Notes under the pieces: model-generated
The model's database searches: none
What the model saw: only the letters and a program-made list of their open reading frames with translations
What the model was told of the DNA's origin: nothing
Virus record (IMG/VR): IMGVR_UViG_3300032770_000002
Coordinates: 62,001 to 126,000 of that record
Direction: 5' to 3' (one strand)
Length of the DNA stretch: 64,000 bases
Made by a program: the position numbers and the translations under genes
Part shown: positions 29,094 to 38,083 of the stretch, piece after piece
How the letters are laid out: each line of letters starts with the position of its first letter
How positions within the stretch are numbered: the first letter of the stretch is position 1

Positions 29094-29347
29094 CCAGCGC
29101 CAAGTTCAATCAGTTTGTTAAAGGATCCACGGCAAAGGTCCCAGTCTTTCGGTCTAAAGTCACCAGGGATGACATCTCCAAGGGCGATGAAGTTGTCTAC
29201 ATGACCGACGTTGACGCGTTTTTCGGTGTGCGGTTCGACGGTGAAAGTGTCACTATTTTGTCAGGGCATGGCACCGAGCTTGGTCCAAAACACGTCGAAT
29301 TCTTGACTTGGAAAGTTGTCAATTTGGAGGAATGGATAAGTTTATGA
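29090..29347 (+). CDS. Hypothetical early protein
   Basis: 85 aa, ATGA coupled. Confidence 0.55.
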   Translation: MTSAKFNQFVKGSTAKVPVFRSKVTRDDISKGDEVVYMTDVDAFFGVRFDGESVTILSGHGTELGPKHVEFLTWKVVNLEEWISL

Positions 29348-29703
29348 AAACAGTTCAAATGACCAATACTGAGCATCGTGAGCTCGTGCTCCTGCTCAAG
29401 GGACAATGCGACTCACGTCCACTGGCCGAATTGCTTTACCGCATAACGTCAGTGTCACCAGCCGCCCGCAAGAAGGTCTTAATTGACCGCAACGGCCAAG
29501 AAATCAAGACCGGCACCACGGTCCGTTATCGTGACGGTTGGATGTCCGTGGCGTCAGTTTTTGTCGGCTCACAGCGCGTCAATCTGAAGGGCATCTTTGG
29601 GAGCCGCATTGTTCATAAACGTGTTCCACTCAGCGAGATCTACGAGGACTATGAAAACTGGTCCGTCGCGTGGAGCAAGTCCGAAACATACCGATCAATG
29701 TGA
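29344..29703 (+). CDS. Hypothetical protein (YopX-like DRNGQEIK.G segment)
   Basis: ATG 29344. Confidence 0.55.
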   Translation: MKTVQMTNTEHRELVLLLKGQCDSRPLAELLYRITSVSPAARKKVLIDRNGQEIKTGTTVRYRDGWMSVASVFVGSQRVNLKGIFGSRIVHKRVPLSEIYEDYENWSVAWSKSETYRSM

Positions 29704-29708
29704 GACTC

Positions 29709-29921
29709 ATGATCAAAGAAACTCCCATCTCATCGCTGCTTATTGAGCGCTACGGCCGTGACTTCCGACAGAAGTTGAACTACTACCGAACGGCTTCTTG
29801 GAAGGGCCAGCCGGTTGCGATCATGGAGGTGGACACGCGGACGCTAGCGGCCCTGGTCAAGATAGCGGATGGGAAACACCACAGCGTTTCTGTCAATGAC
29901 CTAACTGACTTTGTCTTATGA
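29709..29921 (+). CDS. Hypothetical protein (MIKETPISSLLIE)
   Basis: ATG 29709. Confidence 0.5.
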   Translation: MIKETPISSLLIERYGRDFRQKLNYYRTASWKGQPVAIMEVDTRTLAALVKIADGKHHSVSVNDLTDFVL

Positions 29922-30268
29922 ACCAAGATAATTCCTGCCAATGTAAAATTTGTGGAGCGACGACCCTCATGACGTCGACGCGGCTTTGCAACGCCTGCTG
30001 GCAAGGCACCCGAGGGCTTGAGCACTTTGCCAAGCTTATTCGACACACCGACCAAGCAGGCACCGTGGCGAAAGCGATCATCGACATGTTGGCATCAAGG
30101 CCAGCGGCATCAGTGCCAACGAAACTCTACATCGCGGTCATTCCGTGGGACCACAACGACGCCATCGTCGAGGTGTGTTCGACACGCGCGGAAGCGGAGC
30201 AAGTTATCGAAGAACGGGCAGAAGACAACAAGGCTAACGCCAAGGTCATTGAGCACGTCGTTGCATGA
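29918..30268 (+). CDS. Hypothetical Zn-binding protein (CKIC...CNAC)
   Basis: 116 aa. Confidence 0.55.
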   Translation: MNQDNSCQCKICGATTLMTSTRLCNACWQGTRGLEHFAKLIRHTDQAGTVAKAIIDMLASRPAASVPTKLYIAVIPWDHNDAIVEVCSTRAEAEQVIEERAEDNKANAKVIEHVVA

Positions 30269-30335
30269 CCCGTCCTCCTTGGAAGCGGGTCTGAGAATCT
30301 GTTGGCAAAGCAAAGAACATAGAAAGGACCAAAAC

Positions 30336-30716
30336 ATGATCGGCTCATCTACACTTATCGTGAAACAGGCTGGAAAGTATCACCTCCACGTTTACAATGG
30401 GGGTCTTTGCTTTGCCTGCTTTGGCAACGAAAAAGCCACCAAACAGGATTATTTCGAGGCCATGAAGCTCAACAACTCTGAGTGGGGCAAACCGGACAGG
30501 GTGAATTTGACCCAAGAGGAAATTGATTCGATTCGAACGTCACACCAGTGCATCAACCCGAAAGAGCCAAACTACAGCGAATTTGCTGGTGATACCGTCG
30601 GCCTGTTGGACCTCGACGCTGGCGTCCTCTACGGCCGAAATGGGCGCGACAACGGCGACCAATGGGTTGAGTATGACCCTAACCCAAGTCCAAAACTTTC
30701 CGTGGAGCGAGTTTGA
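30336..30716 (+). CDS. Hypothetical protein
   Basis: ATG 30336; the upstream part of the ORF-track call overlaps another gene. Confidence 0.55.
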   Translation: MIGSSTLIVKQAGKYHLHVYNGGLCFACFGNEKATKQDYFEAMKLNNSEWGKPDRVNLTQEEIDSIRTSHQCINPKEPNYSEFAGDTVGLLDLDAGVLYGRNGRDNGDQWVEYDPNPSPKLSVERV

Positions 30717-31105
30717 AAATGCAATCGTTGTCACTACCATTTCTGCCAGAGTCATTTGAGCTGGTCAAATCGAGATTTGACCGAGCCATCGCCAAGTCGG
30801 TTACAGCCGGGGAGATGTTGGACAAGGCGTTAAAGACACTTGAGAGTGGCGTGCCACCACAAGACCGCGAGCATGTCTTTGACTTTGACAGTGGGCTTCG
30901 CATGATTGCTGACAAGGAGAGTCTGATGGGGCTGGAGATCATTCACTTGTCGTTCGGCCTGTGGAACCACAAGTCTGGCGGGTTTCTGGATGAGGAAGCT
31001 TTCATTCAGGAGACGAGCAAGATTATGGCTCAGCTGTTGAATCGGGCCGACCCATTCAGGTCTTTTCGTTCAAATAACGTCGTTCACTTTTTCTTCAAGG
31101 TGTGA
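30713..31105 (+). CDS. Hypothetical protein
   Basis: 130 aa. Confidence 0.55.
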   Translation: MKMQSLSLPFLPESFELVKSRFDRAIAKSVTAGEMLDKALKTLESGVPPQDREHVFDFDSGLRMIADKESLMGLEIIHLSFGLWNHKSGGFLDEEAFIQETSKIMAQLLNRADPFRSFRSNNVVHFFFKV

Positions 31106-31112
31106 TTAGGAT

Positions 31113-31646
31113 ATGATTGACATTGGAGACAGGATAGAGTTTAACGCCCGTGGCCGAACCATCCAAGGAACGGTGACTGACGTCACGTTCACAAAGCGTG
31201 GTTCGCGCAACGCGCTTGTGCGGGCCTACAACCTCCACGTGCCGTCGACGCGCGTGCTCGTGGTCTTGCCCGATGACGGTGGTGGGGTGTGGAAAATTTC
31301 TGAGCAGAGCGCCAAGGTCATTGGAAAAGCCAAGGACCCAAGGGTGGCCCAGTCCAAGGCTGGTGAGATCATCAACCAGATCCACTCACAACGCTACCAA
31401 AGGGCTTCCCAGGGACGTGAGGCGGCCGCCAACGCAGGTTTTTATGACCTCAAGCCCGGTGACGCGATTGAGGTCAAATTCCGCGACCGTGGGTGGCAAC
31501 CAGCGTTCTTCGCCAAGTTGACGCACAACGGGAGAGTGGGCTTCACACTTGGAAAACCGGGTGAACGCGGCGAGCTGTGGACCGAGGAAGTCAGGTTCTC
31601 ACACCCGCAGTTCGTTCGCCGCCATGGAGGTTCTGAGCAGACATGA
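31113..31646 (+). CDS. Hypothetical protein with two SH3/KOW-like beta modules
   Basis: IDIGDRIEF...GTVTDV and LKPGDAIEVKF repeats. Confidence 0.6.
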   Translation: MIDIGDRIEFNARGRTIQGTVTDVTFTKRGSRNALVRAYNLHVPSTRVLVVLPDDGGGVWKISEQSAKVIGKAKDPRVAQSKAGEIINQIHSQRYQRASQGREAAANAGFYDLKPGDAIEVKFRDRGWQPAFFAKLTHNGRVGFTLGKPGERGELWTEEVRFSHPQFVRRHGGSEQT

Positions 31647-31957
31647 GTGGCCCGGTTAAAATCAAGACCTACGACGACACCCACAATGACCACTGTCCGA
31701 GTTGTGGAAACAAGGTCGACGCCGTCACATCAGTCGGCCCGAAAGGCGGCAAGTCTTACCCAGGAGCCATCACCATCTGCTTGAAGTGCGGTGAGGTCAT
31801 GAAGTTCGACGAGAATTTGAAGCTAGTGATGTTTCCACTGAATGAGTTGGTGAAGCTGTCACTAGACCAACGGCGCTTGCTTAACATTCTTCAACAATTC
31901 GTGAAAAACAATGCGAAAGAGCGATCTGATTCGGATTCTCAACGACATTCCGGGTGA
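31643..31957 (+). CDS. Zn-ribbon protein (CPSC...CLKC)
   Basis: 104 aa. Confidence 0.55.
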   Translation: MSGPVKIKTYDDTHNDHCPSCGNKVDAVTSVGPKGGKSYPGAITICLKCGEVMKFDENLKLVMFPLNELVKLSLDQRRLLNILQQFVKNNAKERSDSDSQRHSG

Positions 31958-32153
31958 CCCTGAAATTGGGATGCCACACCCGGCGATTGTCGGGGCCTTA
32001 ACCACGTCCCTGCACGTCCACGAAGACCGTGCTGGCAAGAAGTCTGGTTTTGCTCCGACGGCGTTTCCGACTCTCTACCTTCAACGATACTACTCGACCG
32101 TCATCAAGAATGCCGCGCCAGTGATCATCCTCTCAACGTGGCCAAAAATTTAG
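31911..32153 (+). CDS. Hypothetical protein
   Basis: 80 aa. Confidence 0.5.
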   Translation: MRKSDLIRILNDIPGDPEIGMPHPAIVGALTTSLHVHEDRAGKKSGFAPTAFPTLYLQRYYSTVIKNAAPVIILSTWPKI

Positions 32154-32160
32154 CGGTGGT

Positions 32161-32565
32161 ATGCCACCGCTAGTTAGCTTGATGACACTCTCTGAGCGAA
32201 TGGTTGTCGTGATGCTTGGCAAGCCTGAAGTTGGCACGTGCCCATGTTGTAACAAGTCTGACCAAGAGCTCCGGCCATACGGGGAGAATGGGTCGATGAT
32301 TTGCCATGAGTGCGCAATGAAAGACGAGCAGGGCACGGCTAAACGCTTTGACGCCATCATTCAGCAAGCAGTCGCAGCCGCTGAACAGGCCGAACAAGGC
32401 CAAGAGCAACCTTCAATTGAGGACGTTCCGCACCCGCTTTTCAAGCAGGCTATTGAGCACCCGACGGATGTCTCGACCAAGATGATGCAAGACAGTATTT
32501 TTCGCTTAACCCACCCATTATTCGAAGTTCCATCTAAGAAAAGTGATCCTCCAGTAAATGGTTGA
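32161..32565 (+). CDS. Zn-finger protein (CPCC...ICHEC)
   Basis: ELRPYGENGSMICHEC. Confidence 0.55.
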   Translation: MPPLVSLMTLSERMVVVMLGKPEVGTCPCCNKSDQELRPYGENGSMICHECAMKDEQGTAKRFDAIIQQAVAAAEQAEQGQEQPSIEDVPHPLFKQAIEHPTDVSTKMMQDSIFRLTHPLFEVPSKKSDPPVNG

Positions 32566-32577
32566 TTCTACGTAGAC

Positions 32578-33291
32578 GTGAGATTTTATGTCTATGTGTT
32601 GATTGTTCGTCCTGGTGGCACCGTTTGCTACGTTGGTAAAGGGACCAAGAATCGGATGCACGTTCATCGTAAAGCCACATTTCAGACGTCTCGTCAAACC
32701 ATCAGTCTCTATCGCCGTCTTCGTGAGTTAATCATTTCTGGCAAAGATTTTGAACCGGTTAAGGTCTTTGAAAGTGACGATGAATTTAGGGCTTTGCAAG
32801 AAGAGAAACGCTTAATCGACATTTACGGATTAGACAATTTGTTTAATTCAACCAATGTTAACTGGGCCGTTGACTGGACCGAGGCTAGACGCCAAGCTAT
32901 TTCGCTTGGCGTCAAAAGATACGCGGAAAGATGTAGACAACTTTACGGTAAAGGAGTTTCACCCGAACATTCAATTGCAATCTCACGTGGTCACATTTAT
33001 AGAGTTCCAGTTAGTCAAGAAACACGCCAAAAGATGTCAATGTCTAGTCGCCATAAGCATTATCCGCGTAAGTTGCAGACACTCCCAATTAATCGAAAGC
33101 CAGTCAATTCAAAATCAAAGTTTAAAGGAGTGAGCTGGAATAAGCCACACTGTCGATGGGTGGCCAGGCTGTGGTCGCCTGAACTTCGAAAAAACCTTGT
33201 GCTTGGAAGTTCCAAAACTGAAACTATTGCGGCCACTATTTACGATGATGTTATTGAAAAACTATTTGGTTTGAGACCGAATCAAACATGA
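32578..33291 (+). mobile_element. Free-standing GIY-YIG homing endonuclease with AP2-like C-terminal DNA-binding domain
   Basis: FYVYVLI...CYVGKG..NR..H; SKFKGVSWNK..RWVARL...LG; visibly AT-richer than its flanks. Confidence 0.8.
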
Positions 33292-33647
33292 GCCGAGCCA
33301 AGGCCATAGTCGAAGAGGAGTTTTTTGCCAACTACCATGATTGGCAAGCTCGCATGGCTTTGCGCAACTTCATTGAGGAGCACATTGAAGATTTGGTTGA
33401 CCCGCCTTATGCTTTTGAAGGTTACGACGAGTTGGCCGAGTTGATGTGTGGGGTTAGGGCTGCCACACTCATTGAACAAGGCGTGATGAATGAACCGAGT
33501 CTTTTCGTAAACTTGCTTGTCGGCGGCATTGACCGGACGGAGCTAGTCAATGCCATTACGGCTGTGGCTGGCAAGATTGGCGGTGCCGACGGACAAGAGT
33601 TGCTGCGCAAGTTCGTTGGTCGCTCTTTGGAGGGTCCAAGTGAGTAA
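33288..33647 (+). CDS. Leader-bearing hypothetical (MSRAKAIVEE)
   Basis: ATGA overlap with the endonuclease stop. Confidence 0.65.
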   Translation: MSRAKAIVEEEFFANYHDWQARMALRNFIEEHIEDLVDPPYAFEGYDELAELMCGVRAATLIEQGVMNEPSLFVNLLVGGIDRTELVNAITAVAGKIGGADGQELLRKFVGRSLEGPSE

Positions 33648-33987
33648 TTGGAAAGGCATCAACTTCAGGAAGATCGTTGAGAATGCCTTGACGGTCCTTG
33701 TGACGTCGGTGTTTCTTGGTGCCGGAGTCATCGTGTGGAATGGGGCGACAACGGTTGACCAGCGAGTCAGGTCCACTGAAGACGGTTTAAAGTCGTTGAT
33801 CGACAACCTCTCGACCAAATTATCAAGCTATGAAGTCCAACTCCAGGCCCAGAGCAACCAGCTAGCCGAAGTCTACGCTGAAGTCAAGCGGTTGCACCCG
33901 ACTCACACTTACACCAACGCCCCGCGTGAGTTTATGCAACAGCGTGCCGTCGAACAGGACATTCGACGGCAACTGTTGAAGAAGTAG
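33640..33987 (+). CDS. Membrane-anchored coiled-coil protein (spanin/holin-like)
   Basis: One TM (ALTVLVTSVFLGAGVIVW) followed by a heptad-rich tail. Confidence 0.5.
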   Translation: MSNWKGINFRKIVENALTVLVTSVFLGAGVIVWNGATTVDQRVRSTEDGLKSLIDNLSTKLSSYEVQLQAQSNQLAEVYAEVKRLHPTHTYTNAPREFMQQRAVEQDIRRQLLKK

Positions 33988-33991
33988 CGCG

Positions 33992-34450
33992 TCACGCTGG
34001 TGGTGCCGGAGGTGGTTGCGGAGGCTGAATTGGTTGCGGTGCGGGCGGGGTCGCCTTTGACGCAAAATACTGGCGCAGTTGGTCGATGACCTCGCGCACG
34101 CCAACGCCAGCGGCTCCACACATCGCCCCTAATTGCCAGCTGCTTGCCGGCATCTTGCCCGCTTCGGCTATGAGCCAGTTGGCCAACACGCCAAGCATCG
34201 GGGCCACAATCGGCCAGATGGTGCCTGAGATGTTCACGTTAACCTTAGACGCGGCCCACTTAATCCCGGCGATGACGAGTGGGACGATGGCGATGATGAG
34301 TGCATTCCACATCCCGACCATGCCCAAGATGTCTGGGTTGGCCGGTGGCATAGGTGGCGCGTTGGTTCCTGGCGTGTTGGTCTGAGCGACTGCCCAGCAA
34401 GTGGACAACGTAAGCAACATCACGAACGCTACGAATCGTTTCGTTTTCAT
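33992..34450 (-). CDS. Signal peptide plus multi-TM protein, holin-like
   Basis: Signal sequence, three hydrophobic segments, GAAGVGVREVIDQL, Pro-rich tail. Confidence 0.55.
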   Translation of the reverse strand: MKTKRFVAFVMLLTLSTCWAVAQTNTPGTNAPPMPPANPDILGMVGMWNALIIAIVPLVIAGIKWAASKVNVNISGTIWPIVAPMLGVLANWLIAEAGKMPASSWQLGAMCGAAGVGVREVIDQLRQYFASKATPPAPQPIQPPQPPPAPPA

Positions 34451-34453
34451 GGT

Positions 34454-34981
34454 TTACGTATCAACTTTTGCGAGTAAGCTCGGCCAGTCAACAATTTCTC
34501 CTTTGACGTGACGCAGTCGGATGTCATTTGAGGTCGGTGACGGTTTTTCGACTGAGATGTAAAAGGCATTTTCAGCAAGATTTCGGTCGTAAACCACCGT
34601 GTGGTAAATTAAGGTTCCTAAAATGGCTCGCCCTTGGTCATCGGCTTCGAAGAGTCCATCCTTGCACTTCGCATAGACCATATGCGGCAAGGACATAGTG
34701 ACAACTCTCGCTTGGTTGCCAACAATGAGCAACACCTTTTCTTGAGTAAAATCACGGTTGAGCAGACCGCTCCCTGATTCGACGGCATCGATGAAACTGA
34801 ACTTGTGAGTCTGATAACAAATTCCTGGAGGAACAGTTGCTGACCACTGGACGGTCCCACAGCATCGACTGTCAGGGCTAACGCCTCCAGCTCTTGGCCA
34901 AGGTTGACTAGGAAGGACGTGGTCGGCTGTTGTCGCGATTGCCACGAATCCAAAAGCTTTAAGAGCATCACGACGGTTCAT
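34454..34981 (-). CDS. Hypothetical with Tat-like signal (MNRRDALKAFGFVAIA)
   Basis: RRxxLK plus hydrophobic stretch; ATG 34981. Confidence 0.55.
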   Translation of the reverse strand: MNRRDALKAFGFVAIATTADHVLPSQPWPRAGGVSPDSRCCGTVQWSATVPPGICYQTHKFSFIDAVESGSGLLNRDFTQEKVLLIVGNQARVVTMSLPHMVYAKCKDGLFEADDQGRAILGTLIYHTVVYDRNLAENAFYISVEKPSPTSNDIRLRHVKGEIVDWPSLLAKVDT

Positions 34982-34992
34982 ACGAATAAGAA

Positions 34993-35562
34993 CTAAGCAT
35001 TGCGCCACCGGCCATCTGAAAGAGACTCGATAGCTGGTGGCTTTTTCACGAACATCCTCCTTCTGGACCGTTTTTGTTTCTCCCTTTTCGGACGAACTGG
35101 GTAGCCGTTAGGGTGTGGGTTTGAAGGCAGCAAAACCGGCGGTTTCGTCGCAATCGACGAACCCCGTAAGAGGACTGTCCTATCAACTAGATGATGGTTA
35201 GATGATGGTTCAAGGGCTGTCACGTGATGACAGCCCAGGCTGACACCCTGGTGGCAGCCCACCTCCACATGGGCTGTCTTGGTGACAGCCCACCTCTTTA
35301 GTCTGTAGGAATTTGATTCTTGTGAACCGTTTTTTCGAAGTGAATGATTGACTTCGATCCAACCGAGTTCGGCCATGGACTTAAGTCGACGTTCAACCGT
35401 TCGTCGAGAAACTTTGGATTTTTTGGTTATGATTTTAAGTCCAGGCCAACATTCCCCTTTGTCATTTGCGTGATCGGCTAAAATAAGAAGGATAAGGAGA
35501 TCGGATTGATCGTGGATATTTTCGGCATCAGCCCAGACGGCTGACATTAGTTGGATGCTCAT
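34993..35562 (-). CDS. Winged-HTH (HTH_36-like) replication-initiator-type protein
   Basis: MSIQLMSAVW...LLILLILADHANDKGECWPG...SKVSRRTVERRLKSMAELGWI. Confidence 0.8.
   Translation of the reverse strand: MSIQLMSAVWADAENIHDQSDLLILLILADHANDKGECWPGLKIITKKSKVSRRTVERRLKSMAELGWIEVNHSLRKNGSQESNSYRLKRWAVTKTAHVEVGCHQGVSLGCHHVTALEPSSNHHLVDRTVLLRGSSIATKPPVLLPSNPHPNGYPVRPKREKQKRSRRRMFVKKPPAIESLSDGRWRNA
35189..35297. repeat. Iteron-like repeats inside the HTH gene
   Basis: TGACAGCCC-like at 35228, 35241, 35252, 35283; inverted GGGCTGTC at 35214 and 35271; AGATGATGGTT x2 at 35189-35210. Confidence 0.7.
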
Positions 35563-35789
35563 AATCTGTCATGAAATTTCGTAGCGGACTTTGTTTAGAA
35601 AGAGTCGGCGAGCAGATTGCTCCACTCGCCGGGCACAGGCACTAGTGGCCCGTTGACCGCAAAGAGTTGGGACCTCGTGGTCCGAAGGCCGCGGTCCTAA
35701 GAGCATGGCCTGCGCTCAGCAGAACACCGACAGGTTTTTCGACATCGTGCATTGTTTTGTAAACAGATTTGTCGCCAGGCACGATTAAA

Positions 35790-35825
35790 ATTTTTGTTTA
35801 CAAAATCACGTTGGCGTGGTATATT
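35790..35825 (+). promoter_or_regulatory. Early promoter (T4-early-like)
   Basis: TTTACA 35797-802, 17 bp, GTGG-TATATT 35820-25; ATG 6 nt downstream. Confidence 0.82.
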
Positions 35826-35831
35826 TCTGGC

Positions 35832-36035
35832 ATGAATGAAGACGAAGTCAGGCTTCTCCTTGAGCAGCATGGCCTGCGATTTCACAAACGCTCGAACGGG
35901 CTGGTCGTCGTTTCAGGGCAACCGGCCTTAGACACATTGGTGAAGGCCGTCAACGCGGCGATTGAACGGACGCTTCGCGCTGATGCCAGCTCGAACCTTT
36001 CACACATTATGGCTCGATTGCAAAATTTTCCGTAA
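35832..36035 (+). CDS. Hypothetical early protein
   Basis: Leaderless-type ATG at 35832. Confidence 0.55.
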   Translation: MNEDEVRLLLEQHGLRFHKRSNGLVVVSGQPALDTLVKAVNAAIERTLRADASSNLSHIMARLQNFP

Positions 36036-36046
36036 AGTCAAACCGC

Positions 36047-36523
36047 ATGAAATCCAACGACGTCAGTGCCAGAACGGGTGTGGTTATCTCAATGAAAACA
36101 TTAACGGACATCTGCAGCAAGCTTGTGACCGCACTGCGTGACGTTAGAGCCCGCCTGCCGTTGGATGGCGCTGACAAGGTGCAATACGTGCAGGAGGTGC
36201 TTGACAGGGCCGACCGCGTCGTTGACGACTCGAAGATGTTCCTCGAGGCAAGAAAGAAGGTCATGACCTTCCGTGAGTTTTTCGACTCCCACTTTGCGAC
36301 GGCTTCGGCTTGGTGCGTCATCACCATCAAGCACCCAAACTTGGCCGCTTGCTCCGCCATCGTGCTCCAGTGGGAGCCGAGCAACTACAAGTGGTATCGG
36401 CCAAATCCAATTGAAGGCCGCGAGGAGTGCGGCTCTTACGACAGCATCGGCCCAATCCCCGAATATGGCGGCATCAAAGGTGAGGTCGAAGGAATTCGCG
36501 TTCTCGTTTCTGACATTGTCTGA
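36047..36523 (+). CDS. Hypothetical protein
   Basis: 158 aa. Confidence 0.55.
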   Translation: MKSNDVSARTGVVISMKTLTDICSKLVTALRDVRARLPLDGADKVQYVQEVLDRADRVVDDSKMFLEARKKVMTFREFFDSHFATASAWCVITIKHPNLAACSAIVLQWEPSNYKWYRPNPIEGREECGSYDSIGPIPEYGGIKGEVEGIRVLVSDIV

Positions 36524-36546
36524 CCACCAACAAAAAGGAAAATAGT

Positions 36547-36759
36547 ATGATGAAGTTCATCGCAGTCTGCCTCGACGTCCTTGTCCAGGCCCAAAAGGAA
36601 GGCGCCTCCATGCGCGACCTCTACAAGATCGCTCAAGCCGCTGACATGCCGAAAGGCCCGTTTAGCACCTTCTGCACCTACTACTGGACCATTCGCAAGA
36701 TGCCGGCCAAGCGGCGCAAGGACATCCTGAAGCCGAAGATGGAAGTGGTCAGGGATTGA
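36547..36759 (+). CDS. Hypothetical basic protein
   Basis: 70 aa. Confidence 0.55.
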   Translation: MMKFIAVCLDVLVQAQKEGASMRDLYKIAQAADMPKGPFSTFCTYYWTIRKMPAKRRKDILKPKMEVVRD

Positions 36760-36765
36760 ATTTTA

Positions 36766-36849
36766 GGGAGCGCGCGTTCCGCCGTGATCCCACAATCCCG
36801 GACCCGCCGTTGGCGAGCTAGCCGGGCTTCACAAAGGAACCGCGCTCCC
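36766..36849 (+). ncRNA. Candidate rod-like structured RNA (84 nt), family unknown
   Basis: Nested pairings GGGAGCGCG/CGCGCTCCC, GTTCC/GGAAC, GTGA/TCAC, CCCGG/CCGGG, CGCC/GGCG fill an intergenic gap. Confidence 0.55.
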
Positions 36850-36869
36850 GCTCTTTTGAGATACACCCA

Positions 36870-37343
36870 ATGAACAAGGACAAGTGCCCAAAGTGTGGCG
36901 GAACTGGCCAACTTTTACAGGATGAGGTCGACATTGGAGTCGGCATGCAGCGAGTGACCACCGGCTTTGAGTGCGACACCTGTGGCCAAATTTCATATTG
37001 CTCGTCATGCGGCGCGTGGGACTTTCAACCGCACGCCAAGTGGTGTGCTGCCAAGGTGGACGACGTGGATGAAAAATTGGTCCGCGAGATGGTCCTCTTT
37101 GCGTGGGTCGGCGAGGACGAAATGGGCAGCGGTGAGTTCGGCTTAAAGCAAGGATTGACCCAACTCGGACTCATTCCACTCGTCGCCTGCAAGGAAGGCA
37201 AGATAGACCAGCTTACCTTGATCGAGCAGTTGAAAAATCAAGCCAAGCTCTTTAAGAAGACCATTCGCCTCGCCAAGTTCAAGTTCGACTCAATCGAAAT
37301 TACCATCACGCCTGACGGAGCGGCGCAGCGAACTGACAGTTAG
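36870..37343 (+). CDS. Zn-finger hypothetical (CPKC, CDTC, CSSC..H..C)
   Basis: 157 aa. Confidence 0.6.
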   Translation: MNKDKCPKCGGTGQLLQDEVDIGVGMQRVTTGFECDTCGQISYCSSCGAWDFQPHAKWCAAKVDDVDEKLVREMVLFAWVGEDEMGSGEFGLKQGLTQLGLIPLVACKEGKIDQLTLIEQLKNQAKLFKKTIRLAKFKFDSIEITITPDGAAQRTDS

Positions 37344-37346
37344 GCT

Positions 37347-37832
37347 GTGAAATCGCGTTCGCTTATCGACGCACTGGTGTTCAACAACCCGTCCGACCTT
37401 GTGTCGATGACGGAGTCGTTTGACCTTCATCCAAAAAATGACTCGTCAAGATTCAGTGTTTCGAGTTGGGTGTGGAAGGCCCTGCTGTGGGTGATCGAGA
37501 GTTCGGCCGCGCTCGCTGGGCTCGCCATTGACTTTGACTACTGGGACTCCAATGACAACCGCGGACTAGGAACCCAGGCCGAGTGCGATGAACTGGCCGA
37601 CGCCATTGAAAAGTTTATTCGCGGCCGGTCAGATGACTTCGTCTTTCACCGCCCATTCAGTGAGGGTGAAAAGCAAAGCATCGTCTTGATGCTCATCAAC
37701 AGCACCGGGTCAACGCAAGCTGACGCTGAGGACTTTGTTCGGCGTGAGACAAAACACTACGTCGTTGACGTCGCGACGATTCGCGAGTTCATCGCATTCC
37801 TACGCCAGTGCGGCGGCTTCGAAATCGGCTGA
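37347..37832 (+). CDS. Leader-bearing hypothetical (MKSRSLIDAL)
   Basis: Variant leader; TGATG overlap with next gene. Confidence 0.65.
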   Translation: MKSRSLIDALVFNNPSDLVSMTESFDLHPKNDSSRFSVSSWVWKALLWVIESSAALAGLAIDFDYWDSNDNRGLGTQAECDELADAIEKFIRGRSDDFVFHRPFSEGEKQSIVLMLINSTGSTQADAEDFVRRETKHYVVDVATIREFIAFLRQCGGFEIG

Positions 37833-38083
37833 TGAAGGCGTGGCACTTATACATTGTCCGGTGTGTGGACAACTCGCTTTACACAGGCATCACGACTGAC
37901 GTGGCCCGCCGAGTCGTGGAGCACAACACGTCGCCACGTGGCGCCCGCTACACGCGGTCAAGGCGGCCGGTAGAGCTGGTGTGGAAGAGCCTTGGCGTTG
38001 AGCGGTCATTTGCGGCCAAGGCAGAAGCGAAGTTTAAGACCTACTCGAAGCGGCAGAAAGAGGAATTTCTGAAGATGCTATGA
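37832..38083 (+). CDS. Small GIY-YIG nuclease (YhbQ/UPF0213-like)
   Basis: WHLYIVRCVDNSLYTGITTDVARRVVEHN...GARYTRSRRPVELVW. Confidence 0.88.
   Translation: MKAWHLYIVRCVDNSLYTGITTDVARRVVEHNTSPRGARYTRSRRPVELVWKSLGVERSFAAKAEAKFKTYSKRQKEEFLKML

Noticed and set aside
30018-30335. N-terminal extension of the ORF-track call 30018..30716
   Set aside because: Overlaps 29918..30268 in another frame; ATG 30336 is the more plausible start.
32566-33291. Group I intron around the homing endonucleases
   Set aside because: Flanking ORFs are complete and unrelated, there is almost no non-coding space for intron core helices, and no interrupted conserved gene was found; the same applies at 48080 and 62769.
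35735-35763. Minus-strand GTTTACA as a promoter for the HTH gene
   Set aside because: The -35 is present but the 17-bp-spaced -10 reads GAAAAA, so there is no support.
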